A stretch of 64,000 nucleotides of DNA from an uncultured virus (IMG/VR IMGVR_UViG_3300008107_000530). Lineage: Duplodnaviria; Heunggongvirae; Uroviricota; Caudoviricetes. Below are positions 27,680 through 37,000 of this stretch, piece after piece; position 1 is the first letter of the stretch; each line of letters begins with the position of its first letter. The notes under the pieces are model-generated. The model had not been told where the DNA came from and made no database searches. It was given only the letters and a program-made list of their open reading frames with translations. The DNA is taken from the IMG/VR virus record IMGVR_UViG_3300008107_000530; one strand, given 5' to 3'. A program made the translations under genes and the position numbers.

Positions 27680-29218
27680 ATGCAAATCATTGACAACAAA
27701 GCGCTGCTCTTGACACTGCGTGACCCTACCAAAGTTACGTCAGTCATCCCAAAGAGCAAGGTGGTCGGCGCTAACAAGGTGGCGGTGCATTGGGGTCTGG
27801 ACGAGGCACAGGTGCTGAAGAACCTGAAGATCAAGAACGTGCCGTCCCCCATCCTCAAAGAGTACGACTGGCCTGGGCTGCACGCCCCCTTTGAACACCA
27901 GAAGACAACCGCAGCGTTCCTGACATTGAACAAGCGGGCGTTCTGCCTCAACGAGCAGGGCACCGGCAAGACTGGCAGCGTCATCTGGGCAGCAGACTAC
28001 CTGATGAAGAAGGGCCGAATCCGGCGCGTGCTGGTGGTGTGCCCCCTGTCTATTATGGACTCGGCATGGCGTGCGGACCTGTTCAAGTTCGCAATGCACA
28101 GGTCGGTGGATGTGGCTTACGGGTCAGCAACCAAGCGCAAGGAAGTTATCGCAAGCCAGACAGAGTTCGTCATCGTCAACTTTGATGGTCTGGAGATCAT
28201 TGCCGAGGACGTTGCAGCGGGCGGGTTCGACCTCGTGGTGGTTGACGAAGCCAACGCATACAAGAATGTGCAGACCAAAAGATGGAAAACGCTCAACAAA
28301 CTGCTGCGTCCTGATACGTGGTTGTGGATGCTGACAGGAACTCCCGCAGCGCAGTCCCCTATGGATGCCTACGGTTTAGCTAAGTTGGTCAATCCGTTAG
28401 CTGTGCCGAAGTTCTTCTCCTCCTTCCGCGACATGGTGATGTTCAAGGCGACCCAGTTCCGCTGGATACCCAAGCCGACCGCCACGCAGACGGTGTTCAA
28501 CGCCCTGCAGCCAGCCATCAGGTTCACCAAAGCCGAGTGCCTTGACCTCCCCGAGATGACCTACGTGGACCGCCACATAGCGCTGACCAAACAGCAGGAG
28601 CAGTATTACAAGGTGCTCAAGAACAAGATGATTGTCGAAGCTGCGGGGGAGGAGATCACTTCCGTCAATGCAGCCGTCAACCTGAGTAAGCTACTGCAAC
28701 TGTCTTGTGGTGCGGTCTACGCAGACACAGGTGATACGGTCACCTTCGACATCAAGAACCGATACAACGTACTGCTGGAAGTCATCGAAGAAGCAGCCAA
28801 GAAAGTTTTGGTGTTCGTCCCGTTCCGCAACTCCATCGAACTTGTGGCAAGCCAGCTTACCAAGGACGGGTACACAGTAGAAATCATCAATGGAGATGTG
28901 CCAGCCAATAGACGCACTGAAATCTTCAAACGCTTCCAAGAAACGCCAGATCCGCGTATCCTTGTCATTCAACCGCAAGCTGCATCGCACGGTGTCACGT
29001 TGACCGCAGCCGATACGGTTGTATGGTGGGGGCCTACTAGCTCCTTGGAGACCTACTCACAGGCAAACGCACGGGTACACCGGGCAGGGCAGCGCCACCC
29101 CACAACGGTGGTACGGCTCCAAGGATCGAACGCGGAACGCCACGTGTATCAAATGCTAGACACTAAAGGAGATGTCCACACACAAATAGTTGACCTCTAT
29201 AAGAGGCTACTAGCATAG
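27680..29218 (+). CDS. SNF2-family helicase
   Basis: EQGTGKT, VVVDEA, LTGTP, HGVTLT, QANARVHRAGQ. Confidence 0.9.
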   Translation: MQIIDNKALLLTLRDPTKVTSVIPKSKVVGANKVAVHWGLDEAQVLKNLKIKNVPSPILKEYDWPGLHAPFEHQKTTAAFLTLNKRAFCLNEQGTGKTGSVIWAADYLMKKGRIRRVLVVCPLSIMDSAWRADLFKFAMHRSVDVAYGSATKRKEVIASQTEFVIVNFDGLEIIAEDVAAGGFDLVVVDEANAYKNVQTKRWKTLNKLLRPDTWLWMLTGTPAAQSPMDAYGLAKLVNPLAVPKFFSSFRDMVMFKATQFRWIPKPTATQTVFNALQPAIRFTKAECLDLPEMTYVDRHIALTKQQEQYYKVLKNKMIVEAAGEEITSVNAAVNLSKLLQLSCGAVYADTGDTVTFDIKNRYNVLLEVIEEAAKKVLVFVPFRNSIELVASQLTKDGYTVEIINGDVPANRRTEIFKRFQETPDPRILVIQPQAASHGVTLTAADTVVWWGPTSSLETYSQANARVHRAGQRHPTTVVRLQGSNAERHVYQMLDTKGDVHTQIVDLYKRLLA

Positions 29219-29265
29219 CCCACAAGAACGTACTAGAATTCAAACCCCGACAACAGGAGAACGAC

Positions 29266-29697
29266 ATGGACGACACGGTTGCAACGACCGAGAGCGAAGC
29301 CTCCCCCCAAATTTCAGTAGACCGGTTGGTACGTGCATTCCTCAAGATGCGCACCGCCAAGGAGAAGCTGGTCAAAGAACACGAGGAAGAGGTCGCCAAG
29401 CTGGAAGAAGGTCTCAAGACGATCAAGCTGGCGCTGCTCGGGTACTGCAAAGACAACAACATCGATAGCGCCAAGATCGCTGGGGTAGGCATGTTCTACC
29501 GTGGCGTGAAGAAGCGCTACTGGACAAACGATTGGGAAGCTATGGGTAGGTTCGTGCTTGAACACGAAGTGCCCGAGCTTTTTGAGAAGCGCCTGCACCA
29601 AGGGAACATGGAATCCTTCTTGGAGCAGCACCCGGAATTGCTACCACCCGGGCTGAACGTGGATAGCGAATTCACCATAACTGTCAGGAGGGCTTAA
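29266..29697 (+). CDS. conserved phage replication-region protein
   Basis: Coiled coil plus DWEA..LFEKRLHQGNM..PPGLN; AGGAGAA RBS. Confidence 0.7.
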   Translation: MDDTVATTESEASPQISVDRLVRAFLKMRTAKEKLVKEHEEEVAKLEEGLKTIKLALLGYCKDNNIDSAKIAGVGMFYRGVKKRYWTNDWEAMGRFVLEHEVPELFEKRLHQGNMESFLEQHPELLPPGLNVDSEFTITVRRA

Positions 29698-29933
29698 TGG
29701 CCGAAGACAAATACGTTGCAATTGATAAGGTCGCTGACTACTTCCAAGTCTCGGTCTCAACCGTGCGGTCATGGGTGCGTACTGGGGCCGTGCCTGAAAC
29801 CGCATACCTCAAGATCGGAAAGACCTACCGGTTCCAACTGCCAGAGGTAGAAAACGCTTTGCGGGCACACAACGCAGCCAAGTCCGCAATGCTGACCCAA
29901 GCGGCTGACTCAAACCCCGACCAAGATCTTTAA
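29697..29933 (+). CDS. excisionase/MerR-type HTH DNA-binding protein
   Basis: IDKVADYFQVSVSTVRSWVR.G.VP..LKIGKTYRF. Confidence 0.75.
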   Translation: MAEDKYVAIDKVADYFQVSVSTVRSWVRTGAVPETAYLKIGKTYRFQLPEVENALRAHNAAKSAMLTQAADSNPDQDL

Positions 29934-29945
29934 GGAGAACAAACC

Positions 29946-30854
29946 ATGAGTAACGAGATTGCACTGTTTAAGGGCGGCGTCCCGGCCTACCTGCGTCAAC
30001 TGGAAGATGACACCACGAACGCCCTGGCGGGTGGAGAGATGGGGCAACGCCGCGTCTCTATCAAGGGTGGCGTGTTCCGCGAGATGATTGGCTCCAAGGA
30101 ATACCGCACTTCTGAAGAACGGTCTATGGGTGTGATCATCATCAAGGCCGCACCGAGCGTACATCGCACGTACTTTGAAGGCACCTACGTCGAGGGGCAG
30201 GCAAGCTCCCCCGTTTGCTGGTCTACCAACTCTCAGACCCCAGCGCCGGAAGTTCCCGAAGACCAACGCCAAGCCTCCAAGTGCATGGACTGCCCCCAGA
30301 ACGTAAAGGGTTCAGGCCAAGGTGAGACCCGCGCTTGCCGGTATCAGCAGCGGATCGCTGTAATGCTGGAGGGTGAAGTTGAGAAGCGCGAGGTGTATCA
30401 GGTGGTACTGCCACCGACCTCAGTGTTCGGTGACGGTGAGAAAGGTAAGCTGCCTCTGCAGGCATACGCCCGCCATCTGAGGGCTCACGGCACCCCTATC
30501 GCCGGGGTCATCACCGAGATGCGGTTCGATACCGCAAGCCCCACGCCCAAGCTGATCTTCAAGCCCGTACGCCCGATCACCGAGGAAGAACTCGAAATCG
30601 TGCAGGAGATGAAGAACTCCAAGGAAGCGGAAGAAGCCATCAAGCTGACCGTGGCACCGCCGAAGCCGAAGGAACCGCTGTTTGAAAAGCCGACCACCTT
30701 AGCAGCTAAGTCGGTTGCTAAGTCGGTTGCTAAGCCGACCCCGGTTGTTGAAGAAGAGGAAGAAGCACCTCCCCCCAAGAAGGTGGAAGCCAAGAAGCCC
30801 ACTGCAAGTGCTACCAGTCTGGAAAGCCTTGTGGATGGTTGGGACGACGAGTAA
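29946..30854 (+). CDS. putative single-stranded DNA-binding/annealing protein
   Basis: RVSIKGGVFR, CWS..CMDCPQNVKGSG..C, Lys/Pro linker, acidic WDDE tail; lies between helicase and primase. Confidence 0.6.
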   Translation: MSNEIALFKGGVPAYLRQLEDDTTNALAGGEMGQRRVSIKGGVFREMIGSKEYRTSEERSMGVIIIKAAPSVHRTYFEGTYVEGQASSPVCWSTNSQTPAPEVPEDQRQASKCMDCPQNVKGSGQGETRACRYQQRIAVMLEGEVEKREVYQVVLPPTSVFGDGEKGKLPLQAYARHLRAHGTPIAGVITEMRFDTASPTPKLIFKPVRPITEEELEIVQEMKNSKEAEEAIKLTVAPPKPKEPLFEKPTTLAAKSVAKSVAKPTPVVEEEEEAPPPKKVEAKKPTASATSLESLVDGWDDE

Positions 30855-30922
30855 ATAGCACGGGGGGTGGTGACCCCACCCCCTCTCAGCTACTCGATCT
30901 ATAACCCCAGCCATTCTCGGAT

Positions 30923-33769
30923 ATGCAGACAAACGAATTTCTATCCGCAGTCCTTGGGGGAGATGGGTACATCTGTGTGTTTGGCGCGAACCCTGAAAAG
31001 AAGCGCATCATCCAGAAGCTGTACTCCACCGTAGAAGCTGCATCAGCAACAGCAGCGAACCTGATGAACGAAGGCTTTGATGCCTACTTTGGGTTGGCTA
31101 CATATACCACCGACCAATCACGGAGGGCAGACAACGCGAAGGGTTTGAAATCCTTCTTTCTGGATATTGATTGCGGGCCACACAAGACCGAGCAGGAGGG
31201 GTATCCGGGCGGACAGACAGATGGCATCGTTGCACTAAAGCAATTTTGCCGTAGTACCAGACTCCCTCGACCAACGCTGGTGAACTCCGGTCGCGGTGTG
31301 CATGTGTACTGGATCTTGGAAGAGGCAGTCACACCTGAGGAGTGGTTACCCGTTGCCGAAGGGCTCAAAGCACTGTGCGTAACCCACGGGTTGAAGGCAG
31401 ACCCTGCGGTCACGTCTGACATTGCTCGGGTGCTACGGCTCCCCGGCACACTGAACTTCAAGGACAACCCCCCAAGAACGGTTAGCTTGCTCGGGGACAT
31501 TGCACCTTCCGTAAGTTTCGACACGTTCAAAGATATTGTGGGGGCCGTATCCAAACGCCCTCAGTTATCCACAGCGGCTTCTGACGACGACATCTCTGCG
31601 TCGATCCTCGGAAACTACCGCAACGTCTTTAAGACCATCATGATGAAGACGGAGGCTGGGCGCGGTTGCGCACAACTGAAGTTCATCATTGACGAACAAG
31701 AGACCATGCCGGAGCCTATGTGGCGCGGCGGGTTGTCGATTGCCAAGTTTTGTGTGGATGCAGAAGAAGCTGCGTACGAGATTTCCGGTAGGCACCCGAA
31801 CTACACCGTAGAAGAAACGAACCACAAGCTGGCGCAGATCAAGGGGCCGTATACCTGTGAGACGTTTGAAAACCTGAACCCAGGTTCACTGTGTGGGGAC
31901 TGCCCCAATAGGAACAAGATCAAGAGCCCAATCGTACTGGGCCGTGAAGTGCTGGAGGCAGCAGAAGAAGACAACGTAGTTGAAGACACCCCCGAGAGCA
32001 TGCCCGCAGCGGGCAAGCAGACTTACGTGATCCCCAAGTACCCGGCTCCGTTCTTTCGCGGTGTGAATGGTGGGGTCTACAAGCGCACCAAGGACAGGCA
32101 AGGGGACCCGGTTGAAATCCCCATATATCACAACGATTTGTATGTGATCCGTAGATTGACCGACCCAGAACTGGGCGAGTCAATCGTCATCCGACTGCAC
32201 CTCCCAAAAGACGGGGTACGAGAGTTCACCATTCCTCTGGCCTCGGTGTTGTCCAAAGATGAATTCCGTAAGCACATGGCAATGAATGGTGTTGCCGTAA
32301 TCAGGATGGACGAACTTATGTCGTACACAACTGCATGGGTCAACAAGCTCCAAGCTGAAGCCGGGGCTGACATCGCACGCCGACAGTTTGGCTGGGTCGA
32401 TGACAACATGGGGGCATTCGTTGTCGGCACGCGAGAGATTCACGCCGACCGTATTGAGCCGAACCCACCGTCGAGTTCCACGGTGCGGATGTTCCCCGCG
32501 CTGCAGTCCAAGGGGACGCTGGAAGAGTGGATCAAGATGGCTGAGTTCTACAACCGCCCCGGCATGGAGATGCACCAGTACGTGATTGGGCTGAGCTTCG
32601 GCTCCCCGCTGGTGGCGTTCTCAGCGGACGGCTCGGCCCTGTTCCACATGCACAGTAAGGACCCGGGCATCGGTAAGACCACCGCTATGCGTGTGGGCAA
32701 CTCGATCTGGGGCGACCCGGAAGACATGATGTGTCAGGAGCGGGACACGTTCAACTCCAAGATGAATCGTGCGGAGGTGTACAAGAACATCTTCCTGAGC
32801 ATTGATGAGTTGACGAACGTCAGCCCCAAGGACGCAAGTGACTTCCTGTACCAACTGACTGGGGGCAAGCAGCGCAACCGGCTCGGCATTGGCGGGAACG
32901 TGGAGCGCTACCGGGGTGACCCCTGGAAGATGAACGCCACTAGCACCGGCAATACAAGCCTGATCTCCCGCGTCACCATGTACAAAGCCATGCCCAAGGC
33001 CGAGTCGGTACGGGTGCTGGAGCACCACGCGGTGGCGTATAACTTTGGCGACAAGGCGATCACGGACGAGTTCAACCGGGATCTGATGGGTAACTACGGG
33101 GTTGCATGTGTACCCTACATGCAATACTGCATTCGGAAGAGGGACGAAGTTCGTGATCTGTTCTTCTCGGTTCAGGGGCGCATAGACAAAGCAGCGGGGT
33201 TGGTGCAGCCCCACCGGTTCTGGTCTGTGCAGGCAGCTTCGGCATTGGCCGGACTGCTGGTCGCCAAACAGCTCAAGCTGATCAACTACGATCTGACCGC
33301 GCTGTTCAAGTGGGTTATCGCGTTGTTGGACGCGAACAAGGCTGGGTACATTGCGTCGAATGACGACGCCGAAAGCATCCTGACCTCGTTCCTTGCGGAG
33401 AACTACAACAACATCCTGCGCATCAAGAGCACCGACGACGCCCGGAATACGGAGGCATCAGATGTGTTCATCGTGCCAGACAGCACACCACGGTTCCAGC
33501 TTGTCGCCCGGTATGAGTACGACGTGAAGCGGCTGTATCTGATGCCGAAGCCGTTGCGGGAGTGGTGCAACAAGCTGCAGCTTTCCTACCACGATTTGGT
33601 ATCAAACCTGAAGACTGGATCTACCCGAGGCGTCATCAAGAAGATTCGTATGGGTAAAGGCACCCGCATGAACCTGCCTCCGATTGACGCGCTGATGCTG
33701 GATTGCTCAGGCTTTATGTCTGAAGAACGCGAAGAAGAGTTGGCAACCTTGCACTCTAGACAGGCGTGA
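30923..33769 (+). CDS. primase fused to DUF927 (superfamily 3-like helicase) domain
   Basis: FFLDID, VNSGRGVHVYW, D.ARVLRLPGT.N primase motifs; C..C..C Zn site; PGIGKTT Walker A, IDELTN. Confidence 0.85.
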   Translation: MQTNEFLSAVLGGDGYICVFGANPEKKRIIQKLYSTVEAASATAANLMNEGFDAYFGLATYTTDQSRRADNAKGLKSFFLDIDCGPHKTEQEGYPGGQTDGIVALKQFCRSTRLPRPTLVNSGRGVHVYWILEEAVTPEEWLPVAEGLKALCVTHGLKADPAVTSDIARVLRLPGTLNFKDNPPRTVSLLGDIAPSVSFDTFKDIVGAVSKRPQLSTAASDDDISASILGNYRNVFKTIMMKTEAGRGCAQLKFIIDEQETMPEPMWRGGLSIAKFCVDAEEAAYEISGRHPNYTVEETNHKLAQIKGPYTCETFENLNPGSLCGDCPNRNKIKSPIVLGREVLEAAEEDNVVEDTPESMPAAGKQTYVIPKYPAPFFRGVNGGVYKRTKDRQGDPVEIPIYHNDLYVIRRLTDPELGESIVIRLHLPKDGVREFTIPLASVLSKDEFRKHMAMNGVAVIRMDELMSYTTAWVNKLQAEAGADIARRQFGWVDDNMGAFVVGTREIHADRIEPNPPSSSTVRMFPALQSKGTLEEWIKMAEFYNRPGMEMHQYVIGLSFGSPLVAFSADGSALFHMHSKDPGIGKTTAMRVGNSIWGDPEDMMCQERDTFNSKMNRAEVYKNIFLSIDELTNVSPKDASDFLYQLTGGKQRNRLGIGGNVERYRGDPWKMNATSTGNTSLISRVTMYKAMPKAESVRVLEHHAVAYNFGDKAITDEFNRDLMGNYGVACVPYMQYCIRKRDEVRDLFFSVQGRIDKAAGLVQPHRFWSVQAASALAGLLVAKQLKLINYDLTALFKWVIALLDANKAGYIASNDDAESILTSFLAENYNNILRIKSTDDARNTEASDVFIVPDSTPRFQLVARYEYDVKRLYLMPKPLREWCNKLQLSYHDLVSNLKTGSTRGVIKKIRMGKGTRMNLPPIDALMLDCSGFMSEEREEELATLHSRQA

Positions 33770-33975
33770 AGTACGAGATAAACCCCGACGGCGTGCCGAT
33801 GTCCATTGAATGGAAGAAGTTTGTCGTCGGAGCTTCCATGTTTATACCGGCTGTCAACGTCACGCGCCTCGTTCGGCAGATGAGGTCAGTAGCCCGTACC
33901 AACGGCATAAAGGTACATCACGTGGAGCGCATCGAGAACGGCAAGCTAGGGGTACGGTTTTGGCGGGTCATGTGA
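33766..33975 (+). CDS. conserved phage hypothetical protein
   Basis: IEW.KF.VGASMFIP..IENGKLGVRFWR; GTGA overlap. Confidence 0.7.
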   Translation: MKYEINPDGVPMSIEWKKFVVGASMFIPAVNVTRLVRQMRSVARTNGIKVHHVERIENGKLGVRFWRVM

Positions 33976-33987
33976 TACCATGCCGTC

Positions 33988-34054
33988 CCGGTGGCGCAAT
34001 GCCACCTGTTGTCTCGTTCTCCTTGTACCCCGGCCTAGCGCCGGGGTCTTTTTT
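33988..34054 (+). ncRNA. putative small RNA with anti-Shine-Dalgarno seed
   Basis: TG-a-TACCAT extended -10 (33973-33981); 5' hairpin GGTGGC/GCCACC; unpaired TGTTGTCTCGTTCTCCTTGT; terminator hairpin; seed complementary to early RBSs. Confidence 0.65.
34027..34054 (+). terminator. Rho-independent terminator at junction of early and late arms
   Basis: ACCCCGGC-CTAGC-GCCGGGGT followed by CTTTTTT. Confidence 0.85.
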
Positions 34055-37000
34055 AGTCCTCTTGCTCGGCTGCGGTCTGCAGCAGTTCATCGCGTAGGGA
34101 CTTACTCAGCACAACGCCGTGGTACATCGTCTGGGTGGTCCGCTCGTGCTGGGCCAGCGACCGCTTGATGGTTGCCTCCATATCACCGAGTCCCGGGTGT
34201 TTGACGTAAAGCTCCTGCAGCTTCTCGCGTGCCTCCAACGCACCGTCAATATCCCCCATCCGACTTGCGGTGTACATCTCCCGCAGGTACTTGGTTCGGT
34301 TGGTTGTCACCGCCTTGTCGATACCCTTCAGCATCGAATTGATCTCAAGCTGCTTGTTGTACTCTGCAGGGGCAAAGCCAAAGATCTGTGCTGCCACATT
34401 CCAAGGCCCAATGTCTCCGACGATGGGGTCGCCGCGAAGGGTGGTCGCACCTTCTGTCGCAAACCGTACCGCCTTCATGGGGTTAGCCGCAAACACCGGC
34501 ACCATAGCCTCCATACCGCGCTGATACTCCCCGTCGTTGATCATCTGTAAACCACGTTGCAGGCGACTAGCGATACCGTAGGCGGGACCCCCGAAAGTTT
34601 GTGCAGCCCATTCACCGAGCGTTTCAGAGCCGGACGACACCGGGCTGGTGCGGAAGATCAGATTGCTCAGGCCAACTCGCTCGGCAATGCTGAGACCAGT
34701 TACCTCGTTTACCAGTCCTTTGTACATGGACTCGCCCGTGAACCCACGCACCACAGCGCCGAAGTCTTCGTCGTCATCTTCCTTGAACATGTTGTACAGC
34801 ATGGCGACCACACCGAACAACGGCATACCCTGCAGACCAGCAAACAACCCAGACGTAGCCATGATGCCCGCGAGTTGCTTGAACGCAGCGCGACGGACTT
34901 CAGGAGTCTCCCCCCGCAGGGCTTCCTTGGCAGTCTTGAACAACAGGTAGTTCATCAAGACGCCGTACTTCTTGAACATGAACAAGACCTTACCCACGGC
35001 ATTCTGCGCGATGGGCGGTGCGGTAGCTGCGGAGGAGCCGCCGTTGGTCATTTCTGCCAAGTAGATCGCTTGATGGGCGGCACGTGTTTCCTTGTCCGCG
35101 TCCGATAGCGCACGCTCTTCTGCGGTCGCATCTTTACCGTTGAGGCGCTGCAACTCCAAGTCATACGCAGCCATCATGGAGACTTCCCGGTTCAGGCGCT
35201 CGGCATGGTGGAACATGAACCCGCTGAATGCGTTTATCCGAGTCAGGGCGCTTTTACGATCATCAACCTCCAATGTGTCGTACATCATGGAGCGGTTGAA
35301 CTGCCCCATCTTGTTTGCTTCGCGCACAAGAGCCTCGTACCGCTTGACTTCTTTGGGTAGATTAGGGTCGCTGAAGTCGTAGTTATCCAGGGAAGGAGCG
35401 GCACGCCGCTTGTCCTTCTCACCCTTGGCCCCGAGAATTTCTACTTCTCTACCGAACCCGCTGGACATGAACGTCTTGTACGCACGGGTAATTGCTTTAC
35501 CAGCATCTCCGTAGCCGTACTTGCCACCCAACATCGGCATGACGATGATCGGAACCTGCGTCAAGTTCACCAAAGCCGAGGAGACGTTGAAGCCGAGCAA
35601 GTAGTTGAAGCCGACCGTGTTGATAAGCTGTGCCGTCTGACTGACAGTGGGGCTGACAGCGAACTTGATCCGGCGCTCCATCTCGTCAAGATATTCCTTG
35701 GCAAGCTGGTTGTCTTCGGCAGCGCCCTTGCCCATCTTGATCACGTCTTCGCGCATATCCTGCTGCACTTCGTACATGCGGGCTGCGTACTTCATGTTCG
35801 ACAACTGCCGAGACATCGAGAACGTCTTCTCACGCAGCGCACGGATGGAGTCTTTCTTGAAGCCCTCGGTCTCCTTACGACGTTGGAATGACTGGGCAAT
35901 CGCGGTTTCCGGCAGCGTAGTCAGATACATACGCAAGACGGACTCCATAGCCTCGTCAAAGCGTTGTTGCTCCACCGAACCCTTCGGGCGGCTCTTCTCC
36001 ATCGTCTCCAGAATACCGCGTACAAACGACGCGGGCGGGGCGTTCTTGTAAGACAGTTCTCGTACGTTGGAGAACTTCTGTACGTCGGTGGCACCTGCAG
36101 CTTTCACTGCAGCAATCGCGCGGTCACGCTCCCGAGGCGATTCAAACGCTTCCACGTAGAGTTCGGTCTGCCCCTTGGCATCCTTCGCGTTGTACGACAG
36201 CCAGTAGTTGCCGTTACGGGTCAGTGGGAAGTACGGGTCGATTTCCCCCTTGGACGCTAGCTTGGCATGCAGTTCATCCTTCAACCGTACACGGGCAGCG
36301 GGGTCATCTATAGATGAATCCACACGAGAGTCGATTGCACCAAGGAGTTCGTTGTACAACTCTGCGTAAGCATCACGCATGTTGATGTACAGGTTACGTG
36401 CCCCGGGCGTGGAGTCCAACAACTTGTTCAGACGATCCCAGGTATCGAGAGCATTCTGTAGATCCACTGCCGAGGCAAGTGCGTACTTGTCTTCGTAGAA
36501 CTTGCGGGGCCGAGTGGGGTCGATCTTGAGCGTGGTGCTGTCGTAGACCACGGTATCAAACCGTTCTGTTGCGGTCGGACCCGAACGACGAGCCCACTCT
36601 TCAGCCTTGCGGACCACCCCTTCAATCTTCTGGTTCCGAGCGTTCTCATCCCCGGCGCGTTCACGCACCAACTCATTGATGCGCGGTGCTTGAGGTAGGT
36701 ACTTCTTGGCTACGTCTACGAACACCTCAAGAGGCATCACCGAGAAACCAATCCGCCGAGCAGTGTCCCCAGCCGTGGCAAAGAATCTGCTGGCAGCGTT
36801 GGCAGCATCTTCACCGACAACTTGCGCGGGGTAGTCAAACATCGAGTCGATTGCGCGAGAGACGATAGGCGCTTTCGGGTTCACCGTCGCTGCAAACAGC
36901 AGATCCGCTTCGCGGTACTCCGGGGCTGCAGACAGGATAGCCTTGATCGCACGGTCGGCTGAGTCATACGCAGTCTCGATAGATACCGAGGGCTTACCCA

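Noticed and set aside
29211..29239. Promoter TAGCAT-N17-TAGAAT before ORF 29266
   Set aside because: Good -10 but weak -35 and no TG extension; plausible but not supported enough to list
33947..34027. Minus-strand gene using AAGGAGAACGAG as its RBS (alternative explanation for the sRNA seed)
   Set aside because: The nearest start (GTG, 13 nt from AAGGAG) gives only about 19 codons, antisense to a conserved gene
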